Positions 8,279 to 18,415 of a stretch of DNA of 64,000 bases are shown here, piece by piece. Both the position numbers and the translations under genes were made by a program. Location: positions 1,696,001 to 1,760,000 of the forward strand of contig CP084166.1 in the NCBI GenBank assembly GCA_021513695.1, in the 5' to 3' direction. Origin of the DNA: Candidatus Heimdallarchaeum aukensis (GTDB lineage: Archaea > Asgardarchaeota > Heimdallarchaeia > Heimdallarchaeales > Heimdallarchaeaceae). Each line of letters opens with the position of its first letter. Position 1 is the stretch's first letter. Under the pieces are notes generated by a model, which saw nothing but the letters and a program-made list of their open reading frames with translations, did no database searches and was not told the origin of the DNA.

Positions 8279-10114
8279 ATGAGAATCGCTATCATCGATA
8301 TAGAAAAATGTAAACCTTCAAAGTGTGGCAAAGTGTGTTACAAATACTGCCCTCCAGTTAGAATGGGACAGGAAACTATTACATTTGATGGACCAGAAAA
8401 TAAAGCAATAATACATGAAGAACTGTGTACTGGTTGTGGTATTTGCATTAAAAAATGTCCTTTCCATTGTATAAAGATCATAAATTTGCCTGAAGAGCTG
8501 GATGATCAAGTCACACACAGATATAGCATTAATGGCTTCAAATTACATCGACTACCAATGCCTGCATTTGGAAGTGTGATTGGATTAGTGGGTCAAAATG
8601 GTTCAGGAAAAACTACAACCCTTAATATTCTATCAGGAGAGTTAAAACCAAATCTTGGTAATTACGAGAATCCTCCTGAATGGGACGAAGTAATAGAACA
8701 TTACAGAGGAACAATAATACAAGATTACTTTTCAAAGCTAGTAAATAAAGAATTAAGAGTAGTAAAAAAACCACAAAGCGTTGACAGACTACCAAGAGTA
8801 GTTAAAGGAAAAGTCTTCGAATTGTTGAAAAAAGTCGACGAAAGGGGAATTATAGACGAAATAAAAACAGAGTTTTCTTTAGAAAATGTATGGAACAGAG
8901 AGATTTCTAAACTTAGTGGAGGAGAACTTCAACGACTTGCGATTGCTGCCACAGTGGCAAGAGATGCTGATGTATACATGTTTGATGAACCAACAAGTTA
9001 CTTAGATATAAATGAAAGAGTTCGTATTTCTAAATATATTAATGATATGCAAGCAGCAAATAGAACAATTATTGTAGTTGAACATGACTTAGCAATGCTG
9101 GATTATGTAAGTGAAAATATTCATATTTATTATGGACAAGCGGGAGCTTATGGAATTGTAAGTCAACCAATGAGTGTCCGTGAGGGAATAAATGTTTTCT
9201 TAGATGGCTATATACCCTCAGAAAACATGCGATTCAGAGATACAAGTATAGTTTTTAGAAAAGCTTCACTTGCTTCAACAAGCTTATCACATAGAATTGC
9301 AATTAGATATGGAGATATAACAAAAGAATTCGATACATTTAAACTACAAGTAAAAGGAGGAGAAATACATAAGGGAGAAGTTGTAGGAATAATAGGTCCG
9401 AATGGTATTGGTAAAACAACTTTTGTCAAGATACTAGCAGGAGTTCTAGAACCCACTACAATGTCTCAACCTGTTGAATTATTAAGTGAAATCCTTGAAA
9501 TAGATAAGAAACAAGCAGATGATGAAGAGAGAAAAGTTATTGTTAGTCATAAACCCCAATACCTCTACACTGAATCAGAAGAAACAGTCGAAAGCTATCT
9601 AGGAAAAATAAGCCCTGAAATTTTTACGGGGGCATGGTTCAGAACAGAAATAGTTAGACCACTAGATATAGAGAAATTAAAAGATCAACCATTAAGTGAA
9701 TTGTCAGGGGGAGAACTTCAAAGAGTCTCTATTGCAGCGTGTCTATCTAGAAAAGCACATTTATATCTGTTAGATGAACCATCAGCATATATTTCTGCAG
9801 AAGATAGAGTAAGCACTGCAAGAGTGATAAAAAGAGTAATCAGTCATTATGAAGCAACAGCACTAGTAGTAGAACACGATGTTATGATGCTTAATTTTCT
9901 AAGTGATAATCTCATTGTCTTTGACGGAACTCCAGGAAGAGAAGGAAAAAGCACTTCTATTATGTCTCTACAACAAGGAATGAATAAGTTTCTCAAAAAA
10001 ATGGAAATAACTTTCAGACAAGACCCAAAAACCCTTCGACCACGCGTTAATAAGAAAGATTCTCAATTGGATAAAAAACAAAAAGCTGAAGGAAAATATT
10101 TTGTTGCTCTTTAA
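8279..10114 (+). CDS. abcE1: ABCE1/RLI (RNase L inhibitor) ribosome recycling factor: N-terminal 2x[4Fe-4S] + two ABC ATPase domains
   Basis: CKPSKCGKVCYKYCP and CTGCGICIKKCP Fe-S motifs. Two Walker A (GQNGSGKTT, GPNGIGKTT), two LSGGELQR signatures. The ATG at 8279 gives the typical MRIAIID start. Confidence 0.9.
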   Translation: MRIAIIDIEKCKPSKCGKVCYKYCPPVRMGQETITFDGPENKAIIHEELCTGCGICIKKCPFHCIKIINLPEELDDQVTHRYSINGFKLHRLPMPAFGSVIGLVGQNGSGKTTTLNILSGELKPNLGNYENPPEWDEVIEHYRGTIIQDYFSKLVNKELRVVKKPQSVDRLPRVVKGKVFELLKKVDERGIIDEIKTEFSLENVWNREISKLSGGELQRLAIAATVARDADVYMFDEPTSYLDINERVRISKYINDMQAANRTIIVVEHDLAMLDYVSENIHIYYGQAGAYGIVSQPMSVREGINVFLDGYIPSENMRFRDTSIVFRKASLASTSLSHRIAIRYGDITKEFDTFKLQVKGGEIHKGEVVGIIGPNGIGKTTFVKILAGVLEPTTMSQPVELLSEILEIDKKQADDEERKVIVSHKPQYLYTESEETVESYLGKISPEIFTGAWFRTEIVRPLDIEKLKDQPLSELSGGELQRVSIAACLSRKAHLYLLDEPSAYISAEDRVSTARVIKRVISHYEATALVVEHDVMMLNFLSDNLIVFDGTPGREGKSTSIMSLQQGMNKFLKKMEITFRQDPKTLRPRVNKKDSQLDKKQKAEGKYFVAL

Positions 10115-10118
10115 ACCT

Positions 10119-10580
10119 TCACTTTTTATCTTTTAAATGATTAAACCATTCTGGAAGTTTAATTTCATCTATTGGTACACTATCTCCAGGTAAATATGGT
10201 TTGATATCCAACACTGGAGTTCCATCTATGGCATCAATTCTATCGATAAATATCTTATTTTCCTCTATTTTCAGAACTTTAACCTTAGTCAATCCAATAG
10301 GGTTAGGTCTAGCAGGACTACGACAAGCGAAAACTCCTGTTTCCACTTCCATATCGAGATTTGGAGGATGAGCTAACACTTGTGAACGATCTTTTGGTGT
10401 ATCCCTCATTGAAATCCACCATAATACAAAAATATAATTGAAAAATTGGAGATGCCTTAATCCTGGAGAATAATGTTTAGACAATTCAATAAAACAAGAA
10501 TCTTCTTCAACTCTAACTTTCCCAATTTGCTGTACTTTGAAATATGACATAATGTCACTTTTTTTCTCATTTCTTATCAA
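10119..10580 (-). CDS. TsaA/YaeB/TrmO-family tRNA methyltransferase-like protein
   Basis: CRSPARPNPIGLTKVKVLKIE....IDAIDGTPVLDIKPY signature of the TsaA-like fold. True start possibly the internal Met (MSYFKVQQIGKV) at 10550. Confidence 0.7.
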   Translation of the reverse strand: MIRNEKKSDIMSYFKVQQIGKVRVEEDSCFIELSKHYSPGLRHLQFFNYIFVLWWISMRDTPKDRSQVLAHPPNLDMEVETGVFACRSPARPNPIGLTKVKVLKIEENKIFIDRIDAIDGTPVLDIKPYLPGDSVPIDEIKLPEWFNHLKDKK

Positions 10581-10697
10581 ACTTTCTCTTTAAATTAAGA
10601 TTATGACTATTTATCTGAAATGAGTATTACAAAAGTATATAGTAAAAAAAGACTATTCTAGTCTATTATTTTGAAAAAAGAATAGGAGACGGATTAT

Positions 10698-10928
10698 TTG
10701 AAAATAACAAGTAACCAATATTTAAATGATAGATATGATATTAATCACAGCCAATCATTCAATGAAAAGCAAACTAAAGAAACACTTATTGTTTTTCAAT
10801 GTGCAGAATGTGGAACAAACTATTTTTTTCCACCGACAAGATGTAAGCAAGCAAATTGCAAAAATATTCACTTTAAGCCTATTATAGTCTCAGGAATAGA
10901 AAAAGAAAAAATCTATAGCGGGTTTTAA
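10698..10928 (+). CDS. Small zinc-ribbon protein (hypothetical)
   Basis: 76 aa with CAECG...C..ANC four-Cys arrangement. No other support. Confidence 0.25.
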   Translation: MKITSNQYLNDRYDINHSQSFNEKQTKETLIVFQCAECGTNYFFPPTRCKQANCKNIHFKPIIVSGIEKEKIYSGF

Positions 10929-11068
10929 ATATACTTTTTAATTATAAAATTGAATAATTTTTTTGTTTCAGAGGTGTTGTAAAAATAAACATAAATAATA
11001 AGCTTTAAAATTTAACTTCAAAATTTGCATTAACAACGAGATGTCGAAAGGAATCGTTGGTGAGTATA

Positions 11069-11698
11069 ATGGCAAAAAGTATGTACAGATATATCGGTGA
11101 TTTTTGGAAGAAAAGAAACAGTCCAGAATTCAAGGAATTAATGCGAACAAGGATTATCGCATGGAGAAGAGAAGGAACACTTCAAAGAGTAGAAAGACCA
11201 ACAAGAATAGATAGAGCAAGAGCTCTAGGCTATAAAGCAAAACAAGGATATATTGTTGTTCGTTCAAGAGTAAGAAGAGGAGGAAGAAGAAAGAAGCGAC
11301 CTGTTCGAGGAAGAAAGTCAAGAAACTTAGGTGTAAACAAAATCACTCCAAAAAAGAGCATAAAATTAATTGCTGAAGAACGTGCTGCAAGAAAATATCC
11401 AAACTTAGAAGTTCTGAATAGCTATTGGGTTGGACAAGATGGAAGACACAAATGGTTTGAAATAATCATGGTTGATCCTCAACACCCAGCAATAGCAAAA
11501 GATCATCGAACTTCCTGGCTATCAGACTTTGAATACAGAGGAGACAAAAAATATTACTTAAAACGTGGTAACCAGAGAGGAAGAGTATTCAGAGGAAAAA
11601 CTAGCGCAGGAAAGAAGATGAGAGGACAAAGGAAAAAAGGTAAAGGAACAGAAAAGAACAGACCTTCTTTAAGAAGACATCGCCGAAGAGGAAATTAA
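11069..11698 (+). CDS. rpl15e: 50S ribosomal protein L15e
   Basis: [15 protein letters not shown]...[46 protein letters not shown], canonical L15e. The ORF-track TTG at 11057 is probably upstream of the real ATG at 11069. Confidence 0.9.
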   Translation: MAKSMYRYIGDFWKKRNSPEFKELMRTRIIAWRREGTLQRVERPTRIDRARALGYKAKQGYIVVRSRVRRGGRRKKRPVRGRKSRNLGVNKITPKKSIKLIAEERAARKYPNLEVLNSYWVGQDGRHKWFEIIMVDPQHPAIAKDHRTSWLSDFEYRGDKKYYLKRGNQRGRVFRGKTSAGKKMRGQRKKGKGTEKNRPSLRRHRRRGN

Positions 11699-11755
11699 AG
11701 ACCTTTTTTCTACTTTATCATTTTTTCTTTTAAACCAGTTAATTGAGGGAAACAA

Positions 11756-12214
11756 TTGACCATTGAAATAAATAGAATTGAACTCATTATGTCAGTTCAC
11801 GCAACTGAAAGCATGAAAAAAAATGACCAAGCCTTGACAAATATTATTTCTGAAGAGTTATTAAAAAAGAATAAAATAATTACTGAAGAATTTGAGGGAG
11901 GATATGGAAATCCAATAATCATAAAGAAAGTTGAACTAGCAAGAAAAAAAGACATAGAGGAATTTATTACTTTTTTCTCAGAAAGGTTGACTGAAGAAAG
12001 CAAGAAAAAACTTTTTTCAGAATTTGAAGAAAGATTTGATGAAAACAAAAATAGATTCTATATAAGAATAGAAAAAGAAGAAGCGTATAAAGGAATTTTA
12101 AAAACAGAAAATAGCCCAAGAAATGTAAAAATTGAGTTAAGACTAAAAACTTTTGATATCAATCCCGATTATAAAAAATTCCTAACAAACAAAGGAATAT
12201 TAAAAGAGAATTAA
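11756..12214 (+). CDS. Conserved archaeal hypothetical protein, possibly small RNA-binding (exosome-superoperon-neighbour type)
   Basis: 152 aa with FEGGYGNPIIIKKVE motif. Acidic/lysine-rich. Position between L15e and IleRS. Start may be the internal ATG at 11789. Confidence 0.3.
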   Translation: MTIEINRIELIMSVHATESMKKNDQALTNIISEELLKKNKIITEEFEGGYGNPIIIKKVELARKKDIEEFITFFSERLTEESKKKLFSEFEERFDENKNRFYIRIEKEEAYKGILKTENSPRNVKIELRLKTFDINPDYKKFLTNKGILKEN

Positions 12215-12248
12215 AAAAGGAAATAATAGATAAAAACTTTAGAAAAAG

Positions 12249-15200
12249 TTAGACTTTGTCTATTCCTATCGTAATTTTGTGATTATCAAATTCCCAATCT
12301 TTGACAAATTCAGATTTGGCGGTACCAAAAGTAAGCTCGGTTGCTAGTGTTTCTTCCATTATATAATCCTTGAACTGAGTGATAGATTCTTTGCCAAAAC
12401 CATCAGTGGTTATAGTTAGTTTTATTTTTTGTGTATATTCTAGATTCATATCTTTACGCATGGTTTGAATACGGCGTACAACATCACGAACATAACCTTC
12501 ACGTCGTAATTCATCTGTAAGTTCGGTATTTAGAAGTATCTGGTAACTACCAACTTCTTGACCTTCAAATCCCTCACTAACCTTTATCTGATAGATTATA
12601 TCATCAGGAGTGAGAACATAGTCGACACCGTCAACAGTTATTGTAACATTTTCTCCAGAACTAAATTTCTCCACATAACCGCGAGCAACAGAAGAATCGA
12701 GAGCTTCAAGATACTGCTTTATTTTAGAGATAGCACCTTTAACCTTCTTGGCAAGAACTTTGAAATTAGGTTTGAGAGTATAGCTTATCAGTTCCTCAGA
12801 ACCTGTTTTTACAGTTAATTGTTTAACATTTAACTCTTCAAGTATTACTTTTTCATATTTTGTCAAGATAGGATCTTTCTCGTGGGGAGTTACTACTATA
12901 AGTTCAGATAAAGGTTGGCGCATCTTTATATTTGCACTAGAACGAAGGCTTCGTCCTGCAGTTACAATCTTCAACACTATATCCATTTCTGATGAAAGCT
13001 GCTCATTAACATATTCCTTTTTGAAGGCAGGAAAGTCACATAAATGAACGCTTTCTGGGGCAGAACTGTCAACATTAAGAACTAGATTCTGGTACATTCG
13101 TTCAGTTAAGAAGGGGATAAATGGAGCTAGAAGCTTAATTAAGGTAACTAAAACTTCGTAAGTAGTAGAATAAGCAGACTTTTTGTCTTTATCGAGTTCC
13201 TCTTTCCAGAAACGACGGCGAGATTGACGAAGATACCAGTTTGAAAAATTGTCTACAAAAGACTCGAAAGCTTTTACCGCTAAATGAACAGAAAGATCAT
13301 CCATAGCCTTAGTAACTTTATCAACCAAATATTCTAATTCACTAAGTAACCAACGATCTAACTCCGGACGTTCAGAGAAGGAAACATTGAATTTAGAGGG
13401 AGAAAAGTTATCGACATTGGCATTGGAAACAAAGAATGAGTAACTATTCCACAAAGTAAGGATAAATTTACGCAAAGACTCTTGAACTAAACGATCAGAA
13501 AAGCGTGCATCACTCCAAGTAGGAGATGAGTAAAGATACCAACGTATAGCATCAGCTCCATGTACATTTATTATCTCCTCAGGAGCGATATAGTTACCCA
13601 AACGCTTACTAAGCTTACGACCAGTTTCATCTAAGATAAGACCCATAGTCAAGACAGACTTATAGGCAGAGGTGTCAAAAAGAAGGGTACTGATAGCCAA
13701 AAGACTGTAAAACCACCCTCTTGTCTGGTCAATAGCCTCGGTTATGAAATCAAACGGAAAATATTTCTTAAACATATCATTGGATTTTTCGAATGGGTAG
13801 TGGAATTGAGCAAAAGGTGCAGCTCCACTATCGTACCAGCAATCTATTACATAAGGTACTCTTTCTGCTTCTTCTTCACATTCTGGGCATTTGAATTTTA
13901 TTTCATCCACCCATGGTCTATGTAAGTTAAAATCTTTTGCAAATTCTTTTCCATATAGTTCTCTTAATTCTGCTTTGCTTCCTACAAATGTTCTATGCCC
14001 ATTTTTACATATCCATATTGGTAATGGTGTTCCCCAATATCTGTTTCTTGATAGCGCCCAATCTCTCACGTTCTCTATGAAATTCCCAAATCGTCCATGT
14101 TTCAAATATTCTGGTTTCCAGAATATCTTTTCGTTGTTTTCTATTAATTTTTCTTTCATTTTTGTCATTTCTATGTACCAAGTTGGTGTCGAGTAGTATA
14201 GTAGTGGCGAATCACATCTTGGGCAGAATGGATACGTATGTTTATATTTCTCTTTTTTCCATAACAGTCCTCTCTCTCTCAATTGTTCTATTATTTTTGG
14301 GTCAGCTTTTTTCACGTGTAATCCTTTAAAATCAGTTATTCTTTCATCAAATGTTCCATCTTCCAGCACTGGATTGAGAACTGGTAATTTGTATTTTCTT
14401 CCTGTTTCTGCGTCATCTTCTCCAAATGCTGGTGCAGAATGTACTATTCCTGTTCCTTCTGTTGTTGTTACATAATCAGCTAGTGTTACATAAAATGCTT
14501 TTTTCTTTGGTTTTATATATGGAAATAGTTGCTCATACTTTTTCTTTTCTAGTTCTTTTCCTTTGAATTTCTTTAATACTTTATATTCTTCTTTTAGAAG
14601 TACTTTTGCTCTTTCTTCTGCTAGTATCAATTTTTCTCCATTATACTCTATCCACACATAATCTATTTCTGGATGAGCTGTTAGACATACATTGCTTATT
14701 AAAGTCCATGGAGTTGTTGTCCAAGCTAGGAAATATGTGTCTTCAAAATCTTTGGCTTTAAACTTTACAAATATTGCAGGATCAGTTGTTTCTTTCATCC
14801 CTTGTCCTGCTTCGTGAGTAGATAATGGTGTTCCGCATCTTGTACAGTAAGGAACTACTTTATGTCCTAGATATATCAACCCTTTTTTCCATATTTCTTT
14901 TAATGACCACCATACGCTTTCTATGTAATTTTCATCTAGAGTTATATAGGGGTGGTCCATATCTAGCCAAAAGCCTATTCTGTTTGTCATATCTCGCCAA
15001 GCTTTTTCGTATTTGAACACACTCTCTTTGCATTCTTGGTTAAATTCTTTTATTCCATACTTTTCTATCTCGTTCTTATCTTTTATACCAAGGGCTTTTT
15101 CTACTTCTCTTTCAACTGGTAAACCGTGTGTATCCCAACCAGCTATTCTAGGTTGAACATCATAACCTTTCATTGTCTTATATCGTAAGAACACATCTTT

Positions 15201-15407
15201 AATAGAACGAGTTAATACGTGACCCATATGAGGTTGACCATTTGCTGTTGGAGGGCCTTCTAACCATCTGAACAGTTCTTTTCCTTTATTTTTCTCTCTT
15301 GATTTTTCAAATACTTTCTTTTCTTTCCAGAATTTTAGTACATTTTCTTCTTCTTTTGCAAACTCTTGTGTCGTTTTCACAGGTTCAAAAACGTTACCAC
15401 TACTCAT
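12249..15407 (-). CDS. ileS: Isoleucyl-tRNA synthetase (class I, archaeal/eukaryotic type)
   Basis: 1052 aa. HIGH motif PPTANGQPHMGHV, KMSKS motif KLSKRLGN, CP1 editing region, C-terminal Zn region. Confidence 0.95.
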   Translation of the reverse strand: MSSGNVFEPVKTTQEFAKEEENVLKFWKEKKVFEKSREKNKGKELFRWLEGPPTANGQPHMGHVLTRSIKDVFLRYKTMKGYDVQPRIAGWDTHGLPVEREVEKALGIKDKNEIEKYGIKEFNQECKESVFKYEKAWRDMTNRIGFWLDMDHPYITLDENYIESVWWSLKEIWKKGLIYLGHKVVPYCTRCGTPLSTHEAGQGMKETTDPAIFVKFKAKDFEDTYFLAWTTTPWTLISNVCLTAHPEIDYVWIEYNGEKLILAEERAKVLLKEEYKVLKKFKGKELEKKKYEQLFPYIKPKKKAFYVTLADYVTTTEGTGIVHSAPAFGEDDAETGRKYKLPVLNPVLEDGTFDERITDFKGLHVKKADPKIIEQLRERGLLWKKEKYKHTYPFCPRCDSPLLYYSTPTWYIEMTKMKEKLIENNEKIFWKPEYLKHGRFGNFIENVRDWALSRNRYWGTPLPIWICKNGHRTFVGSKAELRELYGKEFAKDFNLHRPWVDEIKFKCPECEEEAERVPYVIDCWYDSGAAPFAQFHYPFEKSNDMFKKYFPFDFITEAIDQTRGWFYSLLAISTLLFDTSAYKSVLTMGLILDETGRKLSKRLGNYIAPEEIINVHGADAIRWYLYSSPTWSDARFSDRLVQESLRKFILTLWNSYSFFVSNANVDNFSPSKFNVSFSERPELDRWLLSELEYLVDKVTKAMDDLSVHLAVKAFESFVDNFSNWYLRQSRRRFWKEELDKDKKSAYSTTYEVLVTLIKLLAPFIPFLTERMYQNLVLNVDSSAPESVHLCDFPAFKKEYVNEQLSSEMDIVLKIVTAGRSLRSSANIKMRQPLSELIVVTPHEKDPILTKYEKVILEELNVKQLTVKTGSEELISYTLKPNFKVLAKKVKGAISKIKQYLEALDSSVARGYVEKFSSGENVTITVDGVDYVLTPDDIIYQIKVSEGFEGQEVGSYQILLNTELTDELRREGYVRDVVRRIQTMRKDMNLEYTQKIKLTITTDGFGKESITQFKDYIMEETLATELTFGTAKSEFVKDWEFDNHKITIGIDKV

Positions 15408-15764
15408 TCATTTTTCCTCTCCTAAAAAATTATTAGTAAATCTTCGATGGACTGCGCTAAGAGTACGTGTAAAAAATGTTTCCTTAGTGAATTTCGCGAT
15501 CCATCCTTTTTTTTACCTCAACAGTCTATTTTTATCCTTTATTTTAAATCTTTCTTTTCTTCTTACCTTATATTTTACTTTGAAGTCAATTTTTCTCACT
15601 TTTCTAGAATTCTCACTTTTCCCTTATTTAGGAATTTATTCTATGCTTTTATCCTTACACATCAATTTTTTCAAACAAGCATTGTAAAATAATGAAAAAG
15701 TAAAAATTATTGGATCTTAGTTTTTCAAAAGTATAAGAATATAAAAAGCACTTTCATCCTTTTT

Positions 15765-15923
15765 TTAACGTATAAAAATACTTAATATTGTCGTAATTAT
15801 CAACACTGTTACCCCAGCAACCACTAACCAAAACACTATATCAAACAGATAAATCATTTTTGGAACTTTTACTTTTTCCCATTTCCTTACTACAGTTTTG
15901 TTTAAATTCTTTTCTGAGCTCAT
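15765..15923 (-). CDS. Small tail-anchored membrane protein, possible Sec61-beta/SecG-like
   Basis: Basic N-terminus and single C-terminal TM (IVFWLVVAGVTVLIITTILSIFI). The ORF-track start at 15977 overlaps the upstream gene; the internal Met at 15923 is preferred. Similarity to Sec61-beta is weak. Confidence 0.25.
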   Translation of the reverse strand: MSSEKNLNKTVVRKWEKVKVPKMIYLFDIVFWLVVAGVTVLIITTILSIFIR

Positions 15924-15946
15924 TTTTCCACCTTTCTCCTTATTAT

Positions 15947-16465
15947 CTATACCTTTCCTATTCCACTTTTCTCCCATTTCTGAAATTGTTCAAGTAAGTT
16001 TTCTATTTCCCCGGATACACCTTTTTTGTCTACGAAAACAGTTTTTCCTTTAATTCGTATATTGTCTGTTGGTAAATCTAGCAAAAACTTCTGCAATGCT
16101 AGTTCATCAGTAAATCCTAACAGTTCAGCCATTGTCTCTATTTCTATTTCTTCATATTTCATTAATATTTGTTCAAATTTTGCTTTTCTTTCTTCCTCTG
16201 TTAATTCCTTAATTATTTTTTCTCCTTTCTTCTTTATTTTGACAAATCTGTCTTCTTTTAGCTCGCCCTCTATTTTTCTTTTTTCTATTAGTGATTGAAT
16301 TATAGCTCTTACTTCATCTTCTTCTATACCTGTGATTTCAGTTATTTTATTTACTTCTCTAACCATTTCAAGTTGAGTTAAAATTGTTTGTTCTTTTATT
16401 TGTCTCTGTATTTTTGGAATTTTCTTTTTTATATAATATCTTGAAAATGGACCTATGATTTTCAT
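15947..16465 (-). CDS. Tandem winged-helix protein (hypothetical; ESCRT-II Vps25-like architecture possible)
   Basis: 172 aa. Two predicted wH units (ITEITGIEEDEVRAIIQSLIEKRKIEGEL... and IETMAELLGFTDELALQKFLLDLPTDNIRIKGKTVFV). Confidence 0.35.
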   Translation of the reverse strand: MKIIGPFSRYYIKKKIPKIQRQIKEQTILTQLEMVREVNKITEITGIEEDEVRAIIQSLIEKRKIEGELKEDRFVKIKKKGEKIIKELTEEERKAKFEQILMKYEEIEIETMAELLGFTDELALQKFLLDLPTDNIRIKGKTVFVDKKGVSGEIENLLEQFQKWEKSGIGKV

Positions 16466-16599
16466 TTTATTCTTTTAATACTTGGTTGCTTTGACTATTT
16501 AATTTTTCTTAGAATTTTCTAATATTATTATAACAACAAGAGTAATGTTAAAAAGCTCCTTTCCTTTTTTTTATATGACTACATTATATGTAGTCGTTC

Positions 16600-16664
16600 G
16601 TGGCGATGACTTAACCGTCCCAGTCTGACTATTCAAATGATGACCCTACGACACAATGAGCCAC
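16600..16664 (+). ncRNA. Candidate C/D box sRNA (2'-O-methylation guide)
   Basis: GC-richer island in an AT-rich intergenic region. Terminal stem GUGGC(16600-16604)/GCCAC(16660-16664). C-like box GCGAUGA (16603-16609). D' CUGA (16625-16628). 8-nt spacer. Perfect C' AUGAUGA (16637-16643). Exactly 12 nt to the D-position AUGA (16656-16659). Confidence 0.4.
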
Positions 16665-16789
16665 ATTAATTAGTTCTTTTCGCTTTTTGCAGCAGTTTAC
16701 ATTTCTTTTTTCGTAATTGTAACTTGTTAATTGAACATTCTCTTTTAAAAAAGCAATATTTAATTAATTATTCAGTATTTTTTTCTTTA

Positions 16790-18370
16790 ATGAGTAACTC
16801 TTCTACTTTTCAAATTGTTATCCCTCAATCAGGACATCATGAACCAATTACTGTAATTAAGGAAATAAATAGATTAATTTTCACTGGAGATGCCTCAGGT
16901 AAAATTTGTATTTGGAATACATCTTTTGATTCTGAATTAGGTTTTATTAAAGCTCATTCCTCTTCTATTACTGATATTGAATGGTTCCCTTTTTCACCTT
17001 CTATTATCACATCATCACAGGGTTTAGATATTCGCTTATGGTCATGGGATAACTTTTCATTACTGCAATCGCAACAAGTTCATGGGTCCGTTGTTATTAA
17101 CATTGACTTTCTTGGTGACTATATTATCACAGGAGGACGTGACAGATTACTAAAGAAATGGTCTTTTTCTGAGGGAAAATTTCATCTTGTAAAACAGGTT
17201 AAAATTCCTTATTTAGAAGAGTTTTTTGTTTTTGACGATAAAATTCTTATTTCTTGTTCTGACGGATCAATTTCTATTTACGATTCAGATTTTAACCCCT
17301 TATCTTATTTAACCTTGAAAAGAAATAAACTTGTATCTGCAATTAGGAAATCAGGAAAATACCTTTCTACATACAAGAAAGACCCTTATACTGTTATTGG
17401 ACATTTGGAGGGTGTTCGAGGTCTTTCTGTTACTTGTTTCACTTTTGATGAAAAATTTCTTTATTTAGGACACTTCTATGGCATCATTACAGTATGGAAA
17501 AAGAAGGATTTCAAGCTTTCACATATTTTTGTTTCTCACGACAAAAATATTACGTCTATTCATATATTTAAAGGAAAAGTTGTAACAATTGCTCTTGATT
17601 CTAAGGTTGCAGTTTTTGATATAGCCAAAGAAAAACATCATTCCTATGAATTGCCTTATCGTCCTCTATGTTTAATTCAATTAAAAAATGAAAATTTTGT
17701 TATTGGGTTTGATAATGGTTTAATTGGAGTTTATGATAGTAATTTTAATGAAATCAAAAAAAGAGTTCCTGTTCAAAATATTAATTGTTGTTCAATTTCT
17801 CCTGAATTTATTTTAATAGGTACTAATAATGGGTATGTTAAACGATACACTATTCCAAATCTTGAAGAAATAGCACACTTCCATATTAATTCATCAATTC
17901 TAGGAATTTTCTACTATGATAGTATGATAGCTATTATTGATAGTGATAGTAATCTTAGAATATATGAAGCAAATTTAGCTTTTTCAGAGATTAAGCAATT
18001 ATTAATTCCTTTGAGAAAAGAAGAACTAACACTACAAGGATATAATAGATACATTGTTTTGTCTCCCAATTTGATCTTTGATTTTGAAAAGATGGAAATT
18101 ATGAAGGGAGAAGTCTCCTCTTCAACGAAAAAGAAATATTCAGAGTCAATAGTATACTCTTTTTCTTTTGAAACAGGAAATATTATTCTTAACATTGATG
18201 AAAATAAATTAAACATGTTTCTTGAAAAAGGAGACTACTCTGTCTATCCTGAAGGCATTTTGAGAAGTTTGAAAAAACTGATTCACAATGTTTCCTCACC
18301 TTTAAGACAGATTGGTGAATCTACTTGGATTAACATTGACATTCTTGAACAAGCAAGAAAACTCAGATGA
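16790..18370 (+). CDS. WD40 repeat beta-propeller protein (probably two propellers)
   Basis: Repeated GDASGKICIWN / DIRLWSW / GGRDRLLKKWS / GHFYGIITVWK type WD blades across ~525 aa. The ORF-track TTG start at 16724 is upstream of the first ATG at 16790. Confidence 0.75.
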   Translation: MSNSSTFQIVIPQSGHHEPITVIKEINRLIFTGDASGKICIWNTSFDSELGFIKAHSSSITDIEWFPFSPSIITSSQGLDIRLWSWDNFSLLQSQQVHGSVVINIDFLGDYIITGGRDRLLKKWSFSEGKFHLVKQVKIPYLEEFFVFDDKILISCSDGSISIYDSDFNPLSYLTLKRNKLVSAIRKSGKYLSTYKKDPYTVIGHLEGVRGLSVTCFTFDEKFLYLGHFYGIITVWKKKDFKLSHIFVSHDKNITSIHIFKGKVVTIALDSKVAVFDIAKEKHHSYELPYRPLCLIQLKNENFVIGFDNGLIGVYDSNFNEIKKRVPVQNINCCSISPEFILIGTNNGYVKRYTIPNLEEIAHFHINSSILGIFYYDSMIAIIDSDSNLRIYEANLAFSEIKQLLIPLRKEELTLQGYNRYIVLSPNLIFDFEKMEIMKGEVSSSTKKKYSESIVYSFSFETGNIILNIDENKLNMFLEKGDYSVYPEGILRSLKKLIHNVSSPLRQIGESTWINIDILEQARKLR

Positions 18371-18415
18371 CTGCATCTTCGATTTCTTTAATAATCTAAA
18401 CTATAACTCTTTGAT

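Noticed and set aside
15447-15692. ORFs 15447..15692 and 15487..15687 in the AT-rich gap between ileS and the small membrane-protein gene
   Set aside because: Phe/Leu/Ser-rich low-complexity translations of a T-rich spacer, overlapping each other in different frames. Typical spurious ORFs in AT-rich promoter/terminator DNA.
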